Positions 43,345 to 57,371 of a DNA stretch of 64,000 nt are shown piece after piece; the stretch's first letter is position 1; every line of letters starts with the position of its first letter. This DNA comes from Eledone cirrhosa. Lineage: Eukaryota. The position numbers and the translations under genes are program-made. The stretch covers positions 162,192,001 to 162,256,000 of the forward strand of contig OZ024742.1 of assembly GCA_964016885.1 (NCBI GenBank), written 5' to 3'. The notes below the pieces were generated by a model that worked only from the letters and a program-made list of their open reading frames with translations, made no database searches and had not been told where the DNA came from.

Positions 43345-43442
43345 TCTACATTCCTTACATCAAACTAAAATATGTTGACAATCTTTTAATAATGTCTTCC
43401 TTGGGAAATTTGTGGTCTTGTTTTGCTTAACTAATGAATATA

Positions 43443-43509
<67 letters not shown>

Positions 43510-43589
43510 TATATATATATAATATAACAAGTGCACACACACACCTACATGTAAAGGCTTCAACCTCTCTATACAGGTTGAGGCCAATC

Positions 43590-45572
43590 TCTCGGTCGTT
43601 AATTACCTCGACGTTACCCTCAATTTATTGAATGGGTTGTATTATCCGTATAGAAAGCCGAATGATACGCTTAATTACATAAGTAAGCATTCCAACCATC
43701 CTGCCAGCATAACCAAGAACCTGGTAAGAAACGTTTCGTTGAGGCTTTCCCGTCTTTCCACCAACGAGCGTATTTTCAACGACTATTCCACTTATTACAA
43801 TGAAGCTCTTGCTCGAAGTGGATTTGTCGATAAGGTAGCATATACAGAGTACGAAAATAGACCTAGAAGAAATAGATCCCGTCGCATTTGTTGGTATAAC
43901 CCACCATATAATATGGAGGTGGCCACACCATTAGCTAAGATCTTTCTTTCCCTTTTTACGAAGAATTTTCCCCCTGCGCATAAATATAGTAAAATTTTTA
44001 ATAGTAAATACTATTAAAATTTCTTACTCTACGACTCCTAACCTTGCACATAACATCACAGCTTCAAATTTAGCTAAACTACCTAGCCGTAGGAACACGT
44101 GCAACCCTGTATTTAGTACTAACTGTAATTGTAGGAATCGGGTTGATTGCCCCCTATCCGGGAAATGCCTCTCTAGTAACATTGTCTACAAATGTAAGGT
44201 TGTAACACCCACGTCCCGTAGGGCCTATATAGGGTTAACCGCCAATCGATTCAAGCAGCGTCTTTACATGCATACCCATTCTTTTCGTTACCCTCTAAGA
44301 AGGAATATGACGTCACTTTCAACTTATATCTGGAGTCTAAAAGACAACCACACCCAATATAAGTGACACTGGGAGATCCTAGCTAGGGCTAGATCGTATA
44401 ATGGAAATAAAAGACCATGTGACCTCTGCGCCGCTGAGGCCCTGGAAATACTCTACGCCACAGACCACATCTTAAACAAAAAATCTGAGGCAATTTCGGC
44501 TTGTAAACATAAATTGCACAAAACTTTCCTGTATTACAGCCCCACGTTATACCCTAACGGATAGTACGATCTATACGTGGATATTTTACGTCTTGATGTG
44601 GGAGCTAAGAATATGTTTTGTTTATACCATTACTTATTTGCATAGGTAAGTATATATTACCCGTATGTTCTGTGAAGGTACGTATACCTTCTCGTACGTA
44701 TATTTGATTGTTTATGTTATGGCGTATAATTTTATATATTCTGGTACATATGGTTTGGCTTTGTGTATACGGGAGTTTTGCGTCTGTGTGAGTATGCAGG
44801 TTCGTACGTATGTAGGGTGTGTTTATATGTGTACTTCATGTTTTGGTTGACTTACGTCTCCGAACATTCGTGTATTTACATGTAGGTATGTGTATGCGCT
44901 TGTTATATACGTATTTATTTATTTATATACGTTTATATAATTATTTATTTATTTGTATACACGCATACACACACACACATATTTATATGTGCGTGGTTTG
45001 TATACCTATGGTAAGTGTTTTGCGCATGCTTGTGTATGTACGTATTTGTTTGCGTGTATGTATTTATTTATTTCTATTACTTCTGTATTGTATTTATTTA
45101 CTTTGTTCTTAACTCTGTAGCGGATATTCATTCGGTCTCCTAGTTAGAATTTTAGTCTACGACTTCTGCTATACCATTTACGTGGTTTTGTCTTTGCGTG
45201 CTATTGTTCTCCACGCTCCACATATGACGTATTATCTTCGTTTTTTTCGTTCATTGCAAGAGAACGTCTCTATGAACCACCTAAGAGAACATTAGTCTAC
45301 GACCACTTTATACCTTAAACGTGGTTCTGTCTTTGCGCGTAATTGTTTTTCACCGCTCCTATTAATGACGTATTATATTCGTTTTTTCCCGTTCTTTGCC
45401 AGCGAACGTTTCCACGAACCAAAGTATCGTCTTCCTGCCTTCCTCCGGTTGCAACGTTTTTTGAAATATCCACTTCTGCGTTTACAGATTGACTTTGTTA
45501 GTTTCAGAAGATCCCGTTAAGGGTGAAATCAGCGATTCTTTGCTTAAACTTTAATCTGTTATTTTAATAAAT
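43590..45572 (+). mobile_element. Penelope-like element (Naiad-type), 5'-truncated, with 3' tail
   Basis: VVNYLDVTLNL, SNHP, WYNPPY, NCNCRNRVDCPLSGKCL, YIG, CDLC (43590-44530); tail homologous to 26480-27369. Confidence 0.9.
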
Positions 45573-45589
45573 ATATATAATATATATAT

Positions 45590-45621
<32 letters not shown>

Positions 45622-45700
45622 ATATATATATAATATATATATAATATATTTGTATATATATATATATATATATATTTGTATATATATATATATATATATA

Positions 45701-45946
<246 letters not shown>

Positions 45947-45949
45947 ATA

Positions 45950-46133
45950 GGTGGGTTGGCAGTATCGGTAGAGAGTCGGACGCCATGCTTTCCAGCATAG
46001 TTACGTCCCTTTACGATCTGAGTTCAAATCCCGCCGAGGTTGACTTTGCCTTTCATCCTTACGGGGTCGATAAAATAAAGTACCAGTAATGCACTGGTTA
46101 ATTGCTGGCCTTGTGCCAAAAGTAGAAACAATT
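45950..46133 (+). mobile_element. tRNA-derived SINE with Meta/MESC-like domain
   Basis: TGGCAGTATCGG (A box), GAGTTCAAATCC (B box), GCCTTTCATCCTTACGGGGTCGATAAAATAAAGTACCAG. Confidence 0.85.
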
Positions 46134-46151
46134 ATATATATATATTATATA

Positions 46152-46198
<47 letters not shown>

Positions 46199-46209
46199 AT
46201 AATATATAC

Positions 46210-46561
46210 AGTTATGTAATAAACAACATGAGGTAATTATTTCATTTACCAGTGGTTTCTTGAAAGCAAACAAATTTGTTTTCAATCATCAGAATGAAAA
46301 AATCCTGGTGTATTTATTGACATTGGATTTTAAAAACAAAAATATAATCTATATGAAAGTGAGGCTGGAAAAGGAAGAAGGAAAGGAAAAATAAACACAC
46401 ATGCACACACCCACACACACATACATACACACACATATATACATACACATATACATACACGTACAAATACACATACATATACATATACATACATACACAC
46501 ATATATATCCACATATCCATACATACACATACACAAACAGACACACACACACACATGTATG

Positions 46562-46603
<42 letters not shown>

Positions 46604-46745
46604 TAATCATACATATATACACACGTACATACACACACATACATACACACATATATACACGCTTACATACGCACACACAAATATAGATATTTGTACACAC
46701 ACCTCTACATACGCACACGCACAATTAATTATAAGAAAAAATATA
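46210..46745 (-). mobile_element. Inverted PLE pseudo-LTR
   Basis: Reverse complement of 52570-52928; abuts the GIY-YIG fragment. Confidence 0.85.
46240..46299 (-). ncRNA. Type I hammerhead ribozyme
   Basis: TTTCATT-CTGATGA-TTGAAAACAAA TTTG TTTGCTTTCAA-GAAA-CCACTGG-TA-AATGAAA. Confidence 0.78.
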
Positions 46746-46847
46746 CTAATAAAAATATAATAAAAATATAATAAAATATAATAATATAAAAATATAATAA
46801 TAAGATATAATAGTATAATAAAATATAATAATAAAAATAAAAACCAG

Positions 46848-47219
46848 CCAGCCAAGAGTGAACGATATGTTGGCATGACTCAGGAGAGGTTTAAAACCAG
46901 GTTTTATGCACATGTCGCTTCTTTTAAACACTCCGATAAAAGAACAGCAACGGCTCTCGCAAATAAGGTGTGGGAATTCAAGGATAAAAACATCCCGTAC
47001 TCTATCGATTGGTCTATTTTAAACCATTCGAGGGAGTACCAAAGGGGCACAAAGAATTGTTCTTTGTGTACCACTGAAAAATTTAGGATTTTACAAAACT
47101 TGAAAGCCACTTCAACTTGCCTGAACTCAAAGACCGAGATCTTCAGATGTTGTCCTCACCTGAAATCACATCTGATCTGTAACTGGATTGACATTCCTAC
47201 GATGACTCAACCACCTTGA
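46848..47219 (+). pseudogene. PLE GIY-YIG endonuclease C-terminal fragment (Naiad-type)
   Basis: YVGMTQERFKTRFYAH...TALA..VW..KD...CSLCTTEK...LNSKTEI...CPH. Confidence 0.88.
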
Positions 47220-47444
47220 ACTTCTTCTCTGCTCTCTACGCCTTACATCCAGTACGATTTTTATTACTTTCTGAACTCACTTTCTGTACTCTTATATTCT
47301 TTTTCTCCCTTATCTCCCTTTATATTTAAACTTTTTCCTATGTCATTTATTTTCCTTAATCCCCCCTATTTTCTACCTTACCCCTTACATACCCACCTTT
47401 TTTATTTTTAGATATTTATTTCTGTGTGTTTGTGTGTGTTGTGA

Positions 47445-47560
<116 letters not shown>

Positions 47561-47924
47561 ATGTATATGTATATATAATTATATATATCTGTATGTATAT
47601 GTATGTGTGTATATAATTGTATTATATATGTATCTGTTGTAATTGTGTGTGTGTGTATATATATGTGTGTGTGTGTGCGTGCGTGTGTTTATATGTGTGT
47701 GTGTATTGTTATTAAGGTGGTGACGTAACTTTTTGTAGATATGTGTGTGTGTGTGCATATGTGTATTTATATATATATATATATATGTTTATGTGTGTAT
47801 ATATATAATAGCCTCAGAAACGGCTTGAGCTCTGCCGTCGGGGTCATACTTTTTTCTATATGTATATATATATATATATATATGTATATGTATGTATATG
47901 TATGTATATATATGTGTGTGTGCG

Positions 47925-47979
<55 letters not shown>

Positions 47980-48188
47980 ATGTATAAGCATAATTACATA
48001 CAGAGTGATTTAATGCTTATTTTCATTGATTATTTGCTCCAGGAACTTGTTGAGTGCTCTAAATCAGTTATAAACATTTATACCCTTATCTATTTATTTA
48101 TTTATTTATTATTTGTCGTATTCCCAACTATTTGTTTACCCCTTTTACCTTTTTATTTTTATATATATGTAATATTTATGTATTGTCT

Positions 48189-48274
<86 letters not shown>

Positions 48275-48551
48275 AATTAGTATATCTACTAACATATATA
48301 TACAGATGCATACTTATGCCAGCAAATATATAGGTTTTGTGTTAGTAACTTTGTGGTTCAATGCATGGGGATGCAGAACAATAATATGAAAGACGTAAAA
48401 TAAGAAAATTATAAAAATTAACTTACTTATTAAATTTTTATTACTTACTTTAATTTTTATAATTTTCTTATTGAAAGTTACTAAGACAAAACCTATATAT
48501 TTGCTGGCATAAGTATGCATCTGTATATATATGTTAGTAGATATACTAATT
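48275..48551. repeat. Inverted repeat with ~78-bp arms; further inverted segment 48395-48428/48927-48962
   Basis: AATTAGTATATCTACTAAC...TTAGTAACTTT and its reverse complement. Confidence 0.88.
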
Positions 48552-48966
48552 TTTCATAATTATCTCCAAATTATTTTGTTGAGCCAAAATTAGCCAAAAC
48601 TGCTACTATAGTTCATAGTAATGGTTCGGCTGCTGTCTTCTTAACAAACCACTCCTCACTGATTAACCTCGATGTCACGTGATTGATTCTTTTGAATTTG
48701 CCACCGACGCAGTAGGCAGTGATTTTTTCAATGTCTTGGAACTTAGTCCACGCTTTGCTTTTTTCCACCCACTGAATTATTTTTGTATAAGTTCCCTGTG
48801 TCCACGCATCGCCTGGAAACTTAGCTGAGAATAGACTTCCCTGATGACGAAAGGCTTCTCCGTACATTTCTTCGGAAACTATGTTTATTCCCTTTCAGAA
48901 ACTAATTAGTTGGAGTGAAATTTTAGTAAGTAAGTTAATTTTTATAATTTTCTTATTTTACGGTTT

Positions 48967-49037
<71 letters not shown>

Positions 49038-49256
49038 ATTAAGTTAAAAATGTACATCCACATATGTATACTGAAATATTAGTATGCATATGAATACACA
49101 CACGTGTACATATGTAGATGTACCGAGTTTTTCACTGGACACTTTACTGTGAGTGTTCAGCTATTCTGTATGTAAACACACAGACAAACCGGTTTTTAGA
49201 GTCATACTGGTTTTCGAGGAAACACCTTTCCTCTATTCTCCAGAAAGCCAGACAGG

Positions 49257-49301
49257 AATATTGGACTAGTTTCGATGTTGTTACATCTCATCAGCAATAT
49301 T
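49257..49301 (-). ncRNA. Minimal type I hammerhead ribozyme
   Basis: AATATTG-CTGATGA-GATGT AACA ACATC-GAAA-CTAG-TC-CAATATT. Confidence 0.93.
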
Positions 49302-49874
49302 TACCTATTCCGGCCTTTCTAGAGAATCGTAAAAGCACATATCGTTATATGCTTTTTCTATGAAAATTAGTAGTGGGCAGACTAATTTGCATAGAGCGTG
49401 AGTACGTACCGGTTCAGCGGAGACGATAAAAACAAATAACGAAACGAAATTAAATTTCGCTTCGTTTGTAACTCACTTTTGTATGACTGACGCTTAAACA
49501 ATTAAGTATGACTCTAAAAACCGGTTTGTCTGTGTGTTTACATACAGAATAGCTGAACACTCACAGTAAAGTGTCCAGTGAAAAACTCGGTACATCTACA
49601 TATGTACACGTGTGTGTATTCATATGCATACTAATATTTCAGTATACATATGTGGATGTACATTTTTAACTTAATTGTTTAAGCGTCAGTCATACAAAAG
49701 TGAGTTACAAACGAAGCGAAATTAAATTTCGTTTCGTTATTTGTTTTTATCGTCTCCGCTGAACCGGTACGTACTCACGCTCTATGCAAATTAGTCTGCC
49801 CACTACTAATTTTCATAGAAAAAGCATATAACGATATGTGCTTTTACGATTCTCTAGAAAGGCCGGAATAGGTA

Positions 49875-49919
49875 AATATTGCTGATGAGATGTAACAACA
49901 TCGAAACTAGTCCAATATT
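49875..49919 (+). ncRNA. Minimal type I hammerhead ribozyme (predicted cleavage after C49912)
   Basis: Same sequence as the copy at 49257-49301. Confidence 0.93.
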
Positions 49920-50337
49920 CCTGTCTGGCTTTCTGGAGAATAGAGGAAAGGTGTTTCCTCGAAAACCAGTATGACTCTAAAAACCGGTTTGTCTGTGTGT
50001 TTACATACAGAATAGCTGAACACTCACAGTAAAGTGTCCAGTGAAAAACTCGGTACATCTACATATGTACACGTGTGTGTATTCATATGCATACTAATAT
50101 TTCAGTATACATATGTGGATGTACATTTTTAACTTAATTGTTTAAGCGTCAGTCATACAAAAGTGAGTTACAAACGAAGCGAAATTTAATTTCGTTTCGT
50201 TATTTGTTTTTATCGTCTCCGCTGAACCGGTACGTACTCACGCTCTATGCAAATTAGTCTGCCCACTACTAATTTTCATAGAAAAAGCATATAACGATAT
50301 GTGCTTTTACGATTCTCTAGAAAGGCCGGAATAGGTA

Positions 50338-50382
50338 AATATTGCTGATGAGATGTAACAACATCGAAACTAGTCCAATATT
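50338..50382 (+). ncRNA. Minimal type I hammerhead ribozyme (predicted cleavage after C50375)
   Basis: Same sequence as the copy at 49257-49301. Confidence 0.93.
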
Positions 50383-50667
50383 CCTGTCTGGCTTTCTGGA
50401 GAATAGAGGAAAGGTGTTTCCTCGAAAACCAGTATGACTCTAAAAACCGGTTTGTCTGTGTGTTTACATACAGAATAGCTGAACACTCACAGTAAAGTGT
50501 CCAGTGAAAAACTCGGTACATCTACATATGTACACGTGTGTGTATTCATATGCATACTAATATTTCAGTATACATATGTGGATGTACATTTTTAACTTAA
50601 TTGTTTAAGCGTCAGTCATACAAAGTGAGTTACAAACGAAGCGAAATTTAATTTCGTTTCGTTATTT

Positions 50668-50787
<120 letters not shown>

Positions 50788-50930
50788 GAGTATATGTTGG
50801 TTGTATACCTACACCTCAGTATGCAGGTTGGAGCACTCGACGAAGTGTGCAGGTTGGTTTGGTTACTCCGGAGTAATGTAAAATAAAGTTAAATAAAAAG
50901 TCAAATGTTTAAAATTTAGCTTCGTTTATT

Positions 50931-50985
50931 ACTGCTATATATATTTCAGTGACAGCCATCTTTGGCTGTGACCTCTTCAGGCAGT
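50931..50985 (-). ncRNA. Type I hammerhead ribozyme
   Basis: ACTGC-CTGAAGA-GGTCACAGCC AAAGAT GGCTGTCACT-GAAA-TATATA-TA-GCAGT. Confidence 0.8.
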
Positions 50986-51215
50986 TTGAATTAGTATGGT
51001 ATAGACAAGTACATATGTTGTTGAGGTGTATAATTTTGTCAATACTCTGATATGCCCAGTTCCTGGTTGGGTTGTTATTTCACTGAGGAACTGGAATCAT
51101 ATGATTCCAGTTCCTCAGTGAAAAAACAACCCAACCAGGAACTGGGCATATCAGAGTATTGACAAAATTATACACCTCAACAACATATGTACTTGTCTAT
51201 ACCATACTAATTCAA

Positions 51216-51270
51216 ACTGCCTGAAGAGGTCACAGCCAAAGATGGCTGTCACTGAAATATATATAGCAGT
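51216..51270 (+). ncRNA. Type I hammerhead ribozyme
   Basis: Mirror copy of 50931-50985. Confidence 0.8.
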
Positions 51271-51315
51271 AATAAACGAAGCTAAATTTTAAACATTTGA
51301 CTTTTTATTTAACTT

Positions 51316-51380
<65 letters not shown>

Positions 51381-51609
51381 AGTTAAACAAGGTTCAATGT
51401 ATACATCTAAGAATGAGTTTTACACACATGCATGTGTGTGTATGTATTTGTATGTATATATATGTATATAAGTATTAAGTTGTTAAACAATATTCGATGA
51501 TTATGTCAAAGAATGAGTTTTACAGTAGAATGGAAGCACTCAACGGAAAAATTTTTTTTTTCAGGAGTTATTAATATAAGTATTAATAAAATAGATGTTC
51601 TTTTGATCA

Positions 51610-51672
51610 ATTACATTTTATTATACATATTTCGGATGTACAACAGTACGTCCTCATCAGACAAAATATAAT
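51610..51672 (-). ncRNA. Type I hammerhead ribozyme (solo pLTR remnant)
   Basis: ATTATATTTTGT-CTGATGA-GGACGTAC TGTT GTACATCC-GAAA-TATGTA-TA-ATAAAATGTAAT. Confidence 0.85.
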
Positions 51673-51775
51673 GACACATGACATACCCTGAGATGTTAAA
51701 TGGTTAAGATTTAATCAAGGTAGTATATATATGCATTTGTATGTATGTATGTGTATATATATATATATATATATA

Positions 51776-52161
51776 GGAGAGATGACCCCTTAGCCTTTGT
51801 CAAGGCAGAATTCTAGGAGAAGGAAAACTCTGATATAACACCTTCAACTCTGATGGTATCCAATGATGTTGACTTGTTCTTCTTTTTGGTAAATGTCATC
51901 TTGTTTAAGAGAGTGGGACTGGCTTTGTGCAGTGCATTTGCTCACTATAAAAGCTTCACGGCACAGGCATTGCTTTATATCTGGAGATCTCTCTGCACTT
52001 GTCGTCACATGGTCCCATGGGCCCAGCACTATGTGTCAATAATTGTCACAAGTGTAGTGTTTGTACCAGAGTTTTCAAGTCGCTGGCTGGACTAAAACGT
52101 CACACTCGTTCAGCGCATCGGGATATAAAGTAGTGGGCGTACTTGAAAACGAGTTGGCAGC

Positions 52162-52165
<4 letters not shown>
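51776..52165 (+). mobile_element. 5'-truncated copy of the RTE-derived element at 557-1164, with apparent TSD
   Basis: Near-identical to 757-1163; C2H2 motif [22 protein letters not shown]; ATGCATTTGTATGTAT occurs on both flanks (~51731 and ~52242). Confidence 0.8.
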
Positions 52166-52246
<81 letters not shown>

Positions 52247-52256
52247 TTTGTATGTA

Positions 52257-52311
<55 letters not shown>

Positions 52312-52684
52312 ATGTATGTGTATGTGTATATGTATGTGTGTGTGTGTATATATGTGTATGTGTATGTGTATATGTATATGTATGTGTGTGAGTGTGTGTA
52401 TGTATTTATTCATGTATGTGTATGTGTAATTGTGTGTATTGCTTACCACGTGTGTTTGTTCATTTATTTGTTTCCTGTATCGCTGTCAACTTTATAATCA
52501 TTTTTACATATATTTGTATTCTTATGTGACGGCCTATATGGTCGTCTATTGTTTTTTATTTTTATTATTATATTTTTTCTTATAATTAATTGTGTGTGTG
52601 CGTATGTAGAGGTGTGTGTACATATATCTATATTTGTGTGTGCGTATGTATGTGTGTGTATGTACGTGTGTATATATGTATGAT

Positions 52685-52744
<60 letters not shown>

Positions 52745-52836
52745 CATGTGTGTTTATTTTTCCTTTTCCAGCCTCACTTTCATATAGATTATATTTTTGT
52801 TTTTAAAATCAAATGTCAATAAATACACCAGGATTT

Positions 52837-52897
52837 TTTCATTCTGATGATTGAAAGCAAATTTTGTTTGCTCTCAAGAAACCACTGGTAAATGAAA
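52837..52897 (+). ncRNA. Type I hammerhead ribozyme in PLE 3' pLTR
   Basis: TTTCATT-CTGATGA-TTGAAAGCAAA..TTTGCTCTCAA-GAAA-CCACTGG-TA-AATGAAA. Confidence 0.78.
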
Positions 52898-52990
52898 TAA
52901 TTACCTTATGTTGTTTATTACATAACTATTAAGCTCTGTAACCTACATAGAGCACTCTTTTTTCCTGGACTTTTCCAACGGAATTACTTC

Positions 52991-53027
<37 letters not shown>

Positions 53028-53984
53028 AACAAGCAAGGCAGGACCATCAAACACAGAAATCTGAATGCAGACACACCCAGATCAAATGCAAGCAATCATC
53101 AAATGCCCTATACATAAATAACACACTCAGAAAACAAATCCAACAATAAACAAAGCATCCTGTAGATAAGACCATTGGACCCCAAACTTCTAAAAAATAC
53201 ATTCGTAAAAACCAAGCCAATCATGAACTAAATATTTATATTAGAACTAAGACAACCTCCTCAATTCCTACCTCAGACATTATTCATATTTCCCAACCCC
53301 TGACTCAAGACTTTTTCAAGCTGCAGCCGTCAATTATGCAGTTTCTGTATAAGAATAAATATTAAACAATATCTATTATTACTTGCAGTGACTACAACCC
53401 CATTATGTAATAGGCCTTGCTCCACCCCTCCCTTTTACCCTTGAATTTAAACCCTCAAACAATGCCCTAAAATGACACGATGTCACGTATTGGGAGGCCT
53501 AGGTTTCACAACATAACATAAAAATCCAAATTAATAGTCAAGAAAAAACCCCACTAAGTTGTTAGGAAGTCAGATAAAATGCTTTGCAACATTTGTTCCT
53601 GCTCTCTATGCTCTGTATTTAAATCCTGCCAAGGTCAATAAATAAACTACAAGTCCAGTTCTGGAGTTTCATTCTTCTTCTATTTAACTTTCACTTCTTC
53701 TCTGGAAGAAATCAGCTATGTGCAGACCTAGAGGGGGAAGATGGGCTCTGTCAGGTTTAAAAGATGTTTAAGAGATGTCTAAATCTCCACCATGAGTTAC
53801 ATGTCCATACATACATACATATATATATCATACACTTCAGCTGCTTAGCTCACACAGACTGAAACGTACATCTAGTAGGCACCTCTTAACCACTATCCTC
53901 CTTGCCCCTTCCATACACCTCCCATGCCCTAACACACACCCACATCTGATCACACCATCCTTACACTGTAAAGTTTTCATGTTT

Positions 53985-54396
53985 GTATCACAAAAAGCAA
54001 TCAGCCCATACTCTAAAGTAGGTGTCATGGCAAAAAGCATTAAGCCCACACTCTAAAGTGCTTGTGTAGGCGTCATGACAAAAGGATCCCAGCCCATACT
54101 GTAAAGTGGTCATGTAGGTGTCACAACAAAAAGCTCTCACCCCACCGTGTAAAGTGGTTGTGTAGGTGTCCTAACAAAAAGAGCACCCAGCACACACTGT
54201 AAAGTGGTTGTGTAGGTATCATGACAAAAAGCACCCAGCACATACTGTAAATGTGTTGGCATTAAAAAGGGCATCCAGCTGCAGAAACCAGGCCAGAAAC
54301 AGTCCTGCATGAGCAAGTCAAGGTTACCTGACCCGACTTGCCTCAAACGAGACAACTCATGCTAACGTAGAAAATAGATGCTATATGATGATGATA
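53985..54396 (+). mobile_element. Decayed SINE with tandem ~42-bp internal repeats and RTE-like tail
   Basis: Repeated CCCAGCACACACTGTAAAGTGGTTG; GGCATTAAAAAGGGCATCCAGC; (TGA)n end; relatives at 58139-58295, 59214-59445 (-) and 62291-62445 (-). Confidence 0.65.
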
Positions 54397-55247
54397 TATA
54401 GTGTAAATGATTCAGTGAATTACTAGTAGTGGTAGCAATCATCTGTGAAACACACGTAACAGGTTGATACAAAATAAATACATGTAAATGAGACTCCATA
54501 ATTTTTTTGGAACTAACTATTGAAACAGCAAGAGCTCAGCCGTCGGGTCCCGGCTCTTCATAATATATATATATATATATGAATATATTTAAAAACAATT
54601 CTACTGCTTCTGTAATAATTTCATCATTCTCTGATTGCTACATGCACACACACACACACGCACACGCACACACGCACACGCACACGCACACGCACACACA
54701 CACACACACACATATATATAGACTTATAGGTGTGATTTGCATTCAAGAATCACACAGCTTTCTCAACTTTACATTAAACAACGACCAATCTCAGTATAAC
54801 CAAAGCTTTACTTTATAACAAACAGGAACGGTGAATTGTACAATTGTACTCAACTGAGTAGAGATTGCCCAGTGGAGCATAATGATTATAGCAAGTGATA
54901 GAGAAGTAAGGAATATATAGAGAAAAGAGGGATAAATAGAAGAATGTAGGAATATATAGAGAGAAAATGAAGGTGAGGTGAGAGAAGGGGAGATAATGAG
55001 GGTGAACTGTGAGGAGGGGAAGTAATGAGGGTTAGTTGAGGGAAGGAGAGATACTGAGGGGTGAGTTATACCCAAGAGATAAATGATGTATATATAAATG
55101 GAGAAAAATAAGTAAATGAATAACTGTGAAGGTGAAAATGAAATGCAGCTCTTCAATAATTAGCTGAGAAATCACCCCGAGGGACTATTTTTTTTCATGC
55201 TTCACTGATTAGCTGATCGAAGCTATTGGAATATATCAATAAAGCCA

Positions 55248-55395
55248 GCAAATTGGCAGAGTGGTTAAAGTGTCAGATTAATTTGCTCAATATTGGTTCT
55301 GGCTCAATGTACTCTGAGTTCAAATCCTACCATGGCCAACTTTGCCTTTCATCTGTTTGACATTGATAAATAAAGTATTATTTCATTACTAGTGT
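55248..55395 (+). mobile_element. Decayed tRNA-derived SINE (Meta/MESC-like)
   Basis: TGGCAGAGTGG..GAGTTCAAATCC..TTTGCCTTTCATC; related copies at 56945-57125 (-) and 62065-62255 (+). Confidence 0.65.
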
Positions 55396-55766
55396 CAATT
55401 CTTCTTCTTCTTGTCAGTTGTGGTGCTGCTGTTGTTGTTCTTGTAGAGTGTATGTGCATATGTGCACACTTTTTTCTTTCCATATGTGTGCATATGTACA
55501 CCTTCTTTCTTTCTCTCTTTCTCACTCACTCTCTTACACCCGTTCCCACTCTTCATATCTTTAGATAGGCTCCACCAAGTTTTAAATACCCAAGACAGCC
55601 TATCAGAACATTATTCCTATAACTTTGTCATGAATTAAGGACATTTGTTTTTGTAACATTAAATCTCAATTATGTTCAGAAACCTACCTTTTACATTATA
55701 CCTCAGATATTGTTAGCAACACAATATATTGTTATTAGTTTATGAGCCGGCTTCTTGTTTCTCAGC

Positions 55767-56560
55767 CACCACCACAACAACAATAACAATAACAACAACA
55801 CCTGCTGCAACTACCATTGCCACAACAACAACCACGCCCACAACAACAAGAGCAACCAACAACATCACCCCTACCAACACCACCACCATAACTACAACAT
55901 CCACAACTACAATAACTATTACCATCACCAACAACACTACCACAACAACCAACAACACCACCATCACCACTACCACCATCTGCACCAACACCACCACCAC
56001 CACCACCACCACCACCACCAATAGCACCGCCACTACCATCACCACCCCATCAATGCATCTCCCATAACACCACCATAACAACAACCACAACAACACCTCC
56101 ACCACAACCACGATCACAACCATCACCACCCCACTACCACGACCACCACGACCACCATCCCCCCCCCCCACACACACACTACCACCCAGACCCCCACCCC
56201 CACCACTGACACCAGCATCAAATGACAAAATATAATCTGGCCAGATGTAGAAATACACTGCAATGATGACATGGCACTATATAGTATGATTAGCTTCTCT
56301 CACTTCTTCTTCCACCTCCTCCCTCATCCCCCCTCTTCTTCTTCACCCTCCTCCTCTCCTCCCTCAACCCCCTCTTCTTTTTCACTCTCCTCCTTCACCC
56401 ACATCTACCTCCAATTCCTCTCCATTCCCCACCTCTCTCTCCTCACTCTCCTATCCTCCTCCTCCTTGCTATAGTAGCAGTAGTAGTAGTAGTTGTTGTT
56501 GTTGTTGTCGTTGTCGTTGTTGTTGTTGTTCTTCTTCTTCTTCTTAATTCTGTTGATGAT
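55767..56560. repeat. (ACC/ACA)n, CT-rich and (GTT)n low-complexity tracts
   Basis: Direct reading. Confidence 0.9.
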
Positions 56561-57127
56561 GGTGGTGGTGTTGTTGCTGTTGTTCTTGTTTAAAGTGTTC
56601 TTGTTAGTTTGTGCATACATGTGTCTGTGCATACATGCAAGTGTGTATGTGCATGTGTGTACATGTGTATGTATGTGCATGTGTATGAGTGTATGTGCAT
56701 ATATATATATGTGTGTGTGTGCATGTGTGTGGCTGTAATAAATACAATTTATTGTAACTACTCCCTGCTTTCCTACAACAAACCTTTTAATAAACTACTA
56801 ATTACATATTATAGTGAGTAGGTTCATATATTTTATAGTAAGTACTAGGTTAGTGTTAACCTATGTTTTAGTATTAAAATACATGCTAATCAGGGCTATA
56901 ATAATTAAACATATAAAAATATATTAAATATATCAAATATAATGATTTCTAACACTGGCACAAGGTCAACAATTTTAGGACAGGGGAAAGTCGATTAAAT
57001 TGACCCCAGCATGAGACTGGCACTTTATTTTATAGGCAAAGCTAACCTCAGCTAGATTTGAACCCAGAACACAAATGGCCATAACTCTATGTCACAAAGC
57101 ATGTTGCCTGATGCTTTACCAATAAAC

Positions 57128-57351
57128 ATATTAGTTGCCGGGACACTGCATCCTTCAAAACTTCCATGCTTCCTGAAATTCGCCAACACTATACCTGATA
57201 TTCCTCCTGCATGAAAGTGTGTGTGAATCTGTGTGTATATCACGACTCATACACTTTCCTGACATTTGTACATTATTCTATGTACTATTCATGCACGTTT
57301 GATGAGTTGTAGTGCACCTGAGCACTGTACACAACAATTTTCATTATTATT
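57128..57351 (+). mobile_element. CR1-like LINE 3' end
   Basis: Homologous to 60245-60473; (ATT)n end. Confidence 0.7.
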
Positions 57352-57371
57352 AAACAACATAGATTATTAAA

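Larger units (their letters stand above)
50882..51319. repeat. Spacerless palindrome with 219-bp arms, centre 51100/51101
   Basis: ...GGAATCAT|ATGATTCC...; I saw one mismatch. Confidence 0.95.

Noticed and set aside
45495-45545. CAGAAGA-TCCC..GGGT-GAAA hammerhead-like motif (and its copy at ~26520-26565)
   Set aside because: Core mutated and no adjacent stem I; at most a dead remnant
48835-48892. CTGATGA...GAAA motif; similar lone cores at 8366 and ~15505
   Set aside because: No complementary stem I next to the core
49118-50521. 81-aa ORFs in the 463-bp repeat
   Set aside because: Antisense to the ribozyme strand and without motifs; repeated only because the DNA is repeated
55729-56258. 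Thr/His/Val-rich mucin-like ORFs (also Pro-rich 15948-16424)
   Set aside because: Low-complexity trinucleotide repeats that stay open in several frames
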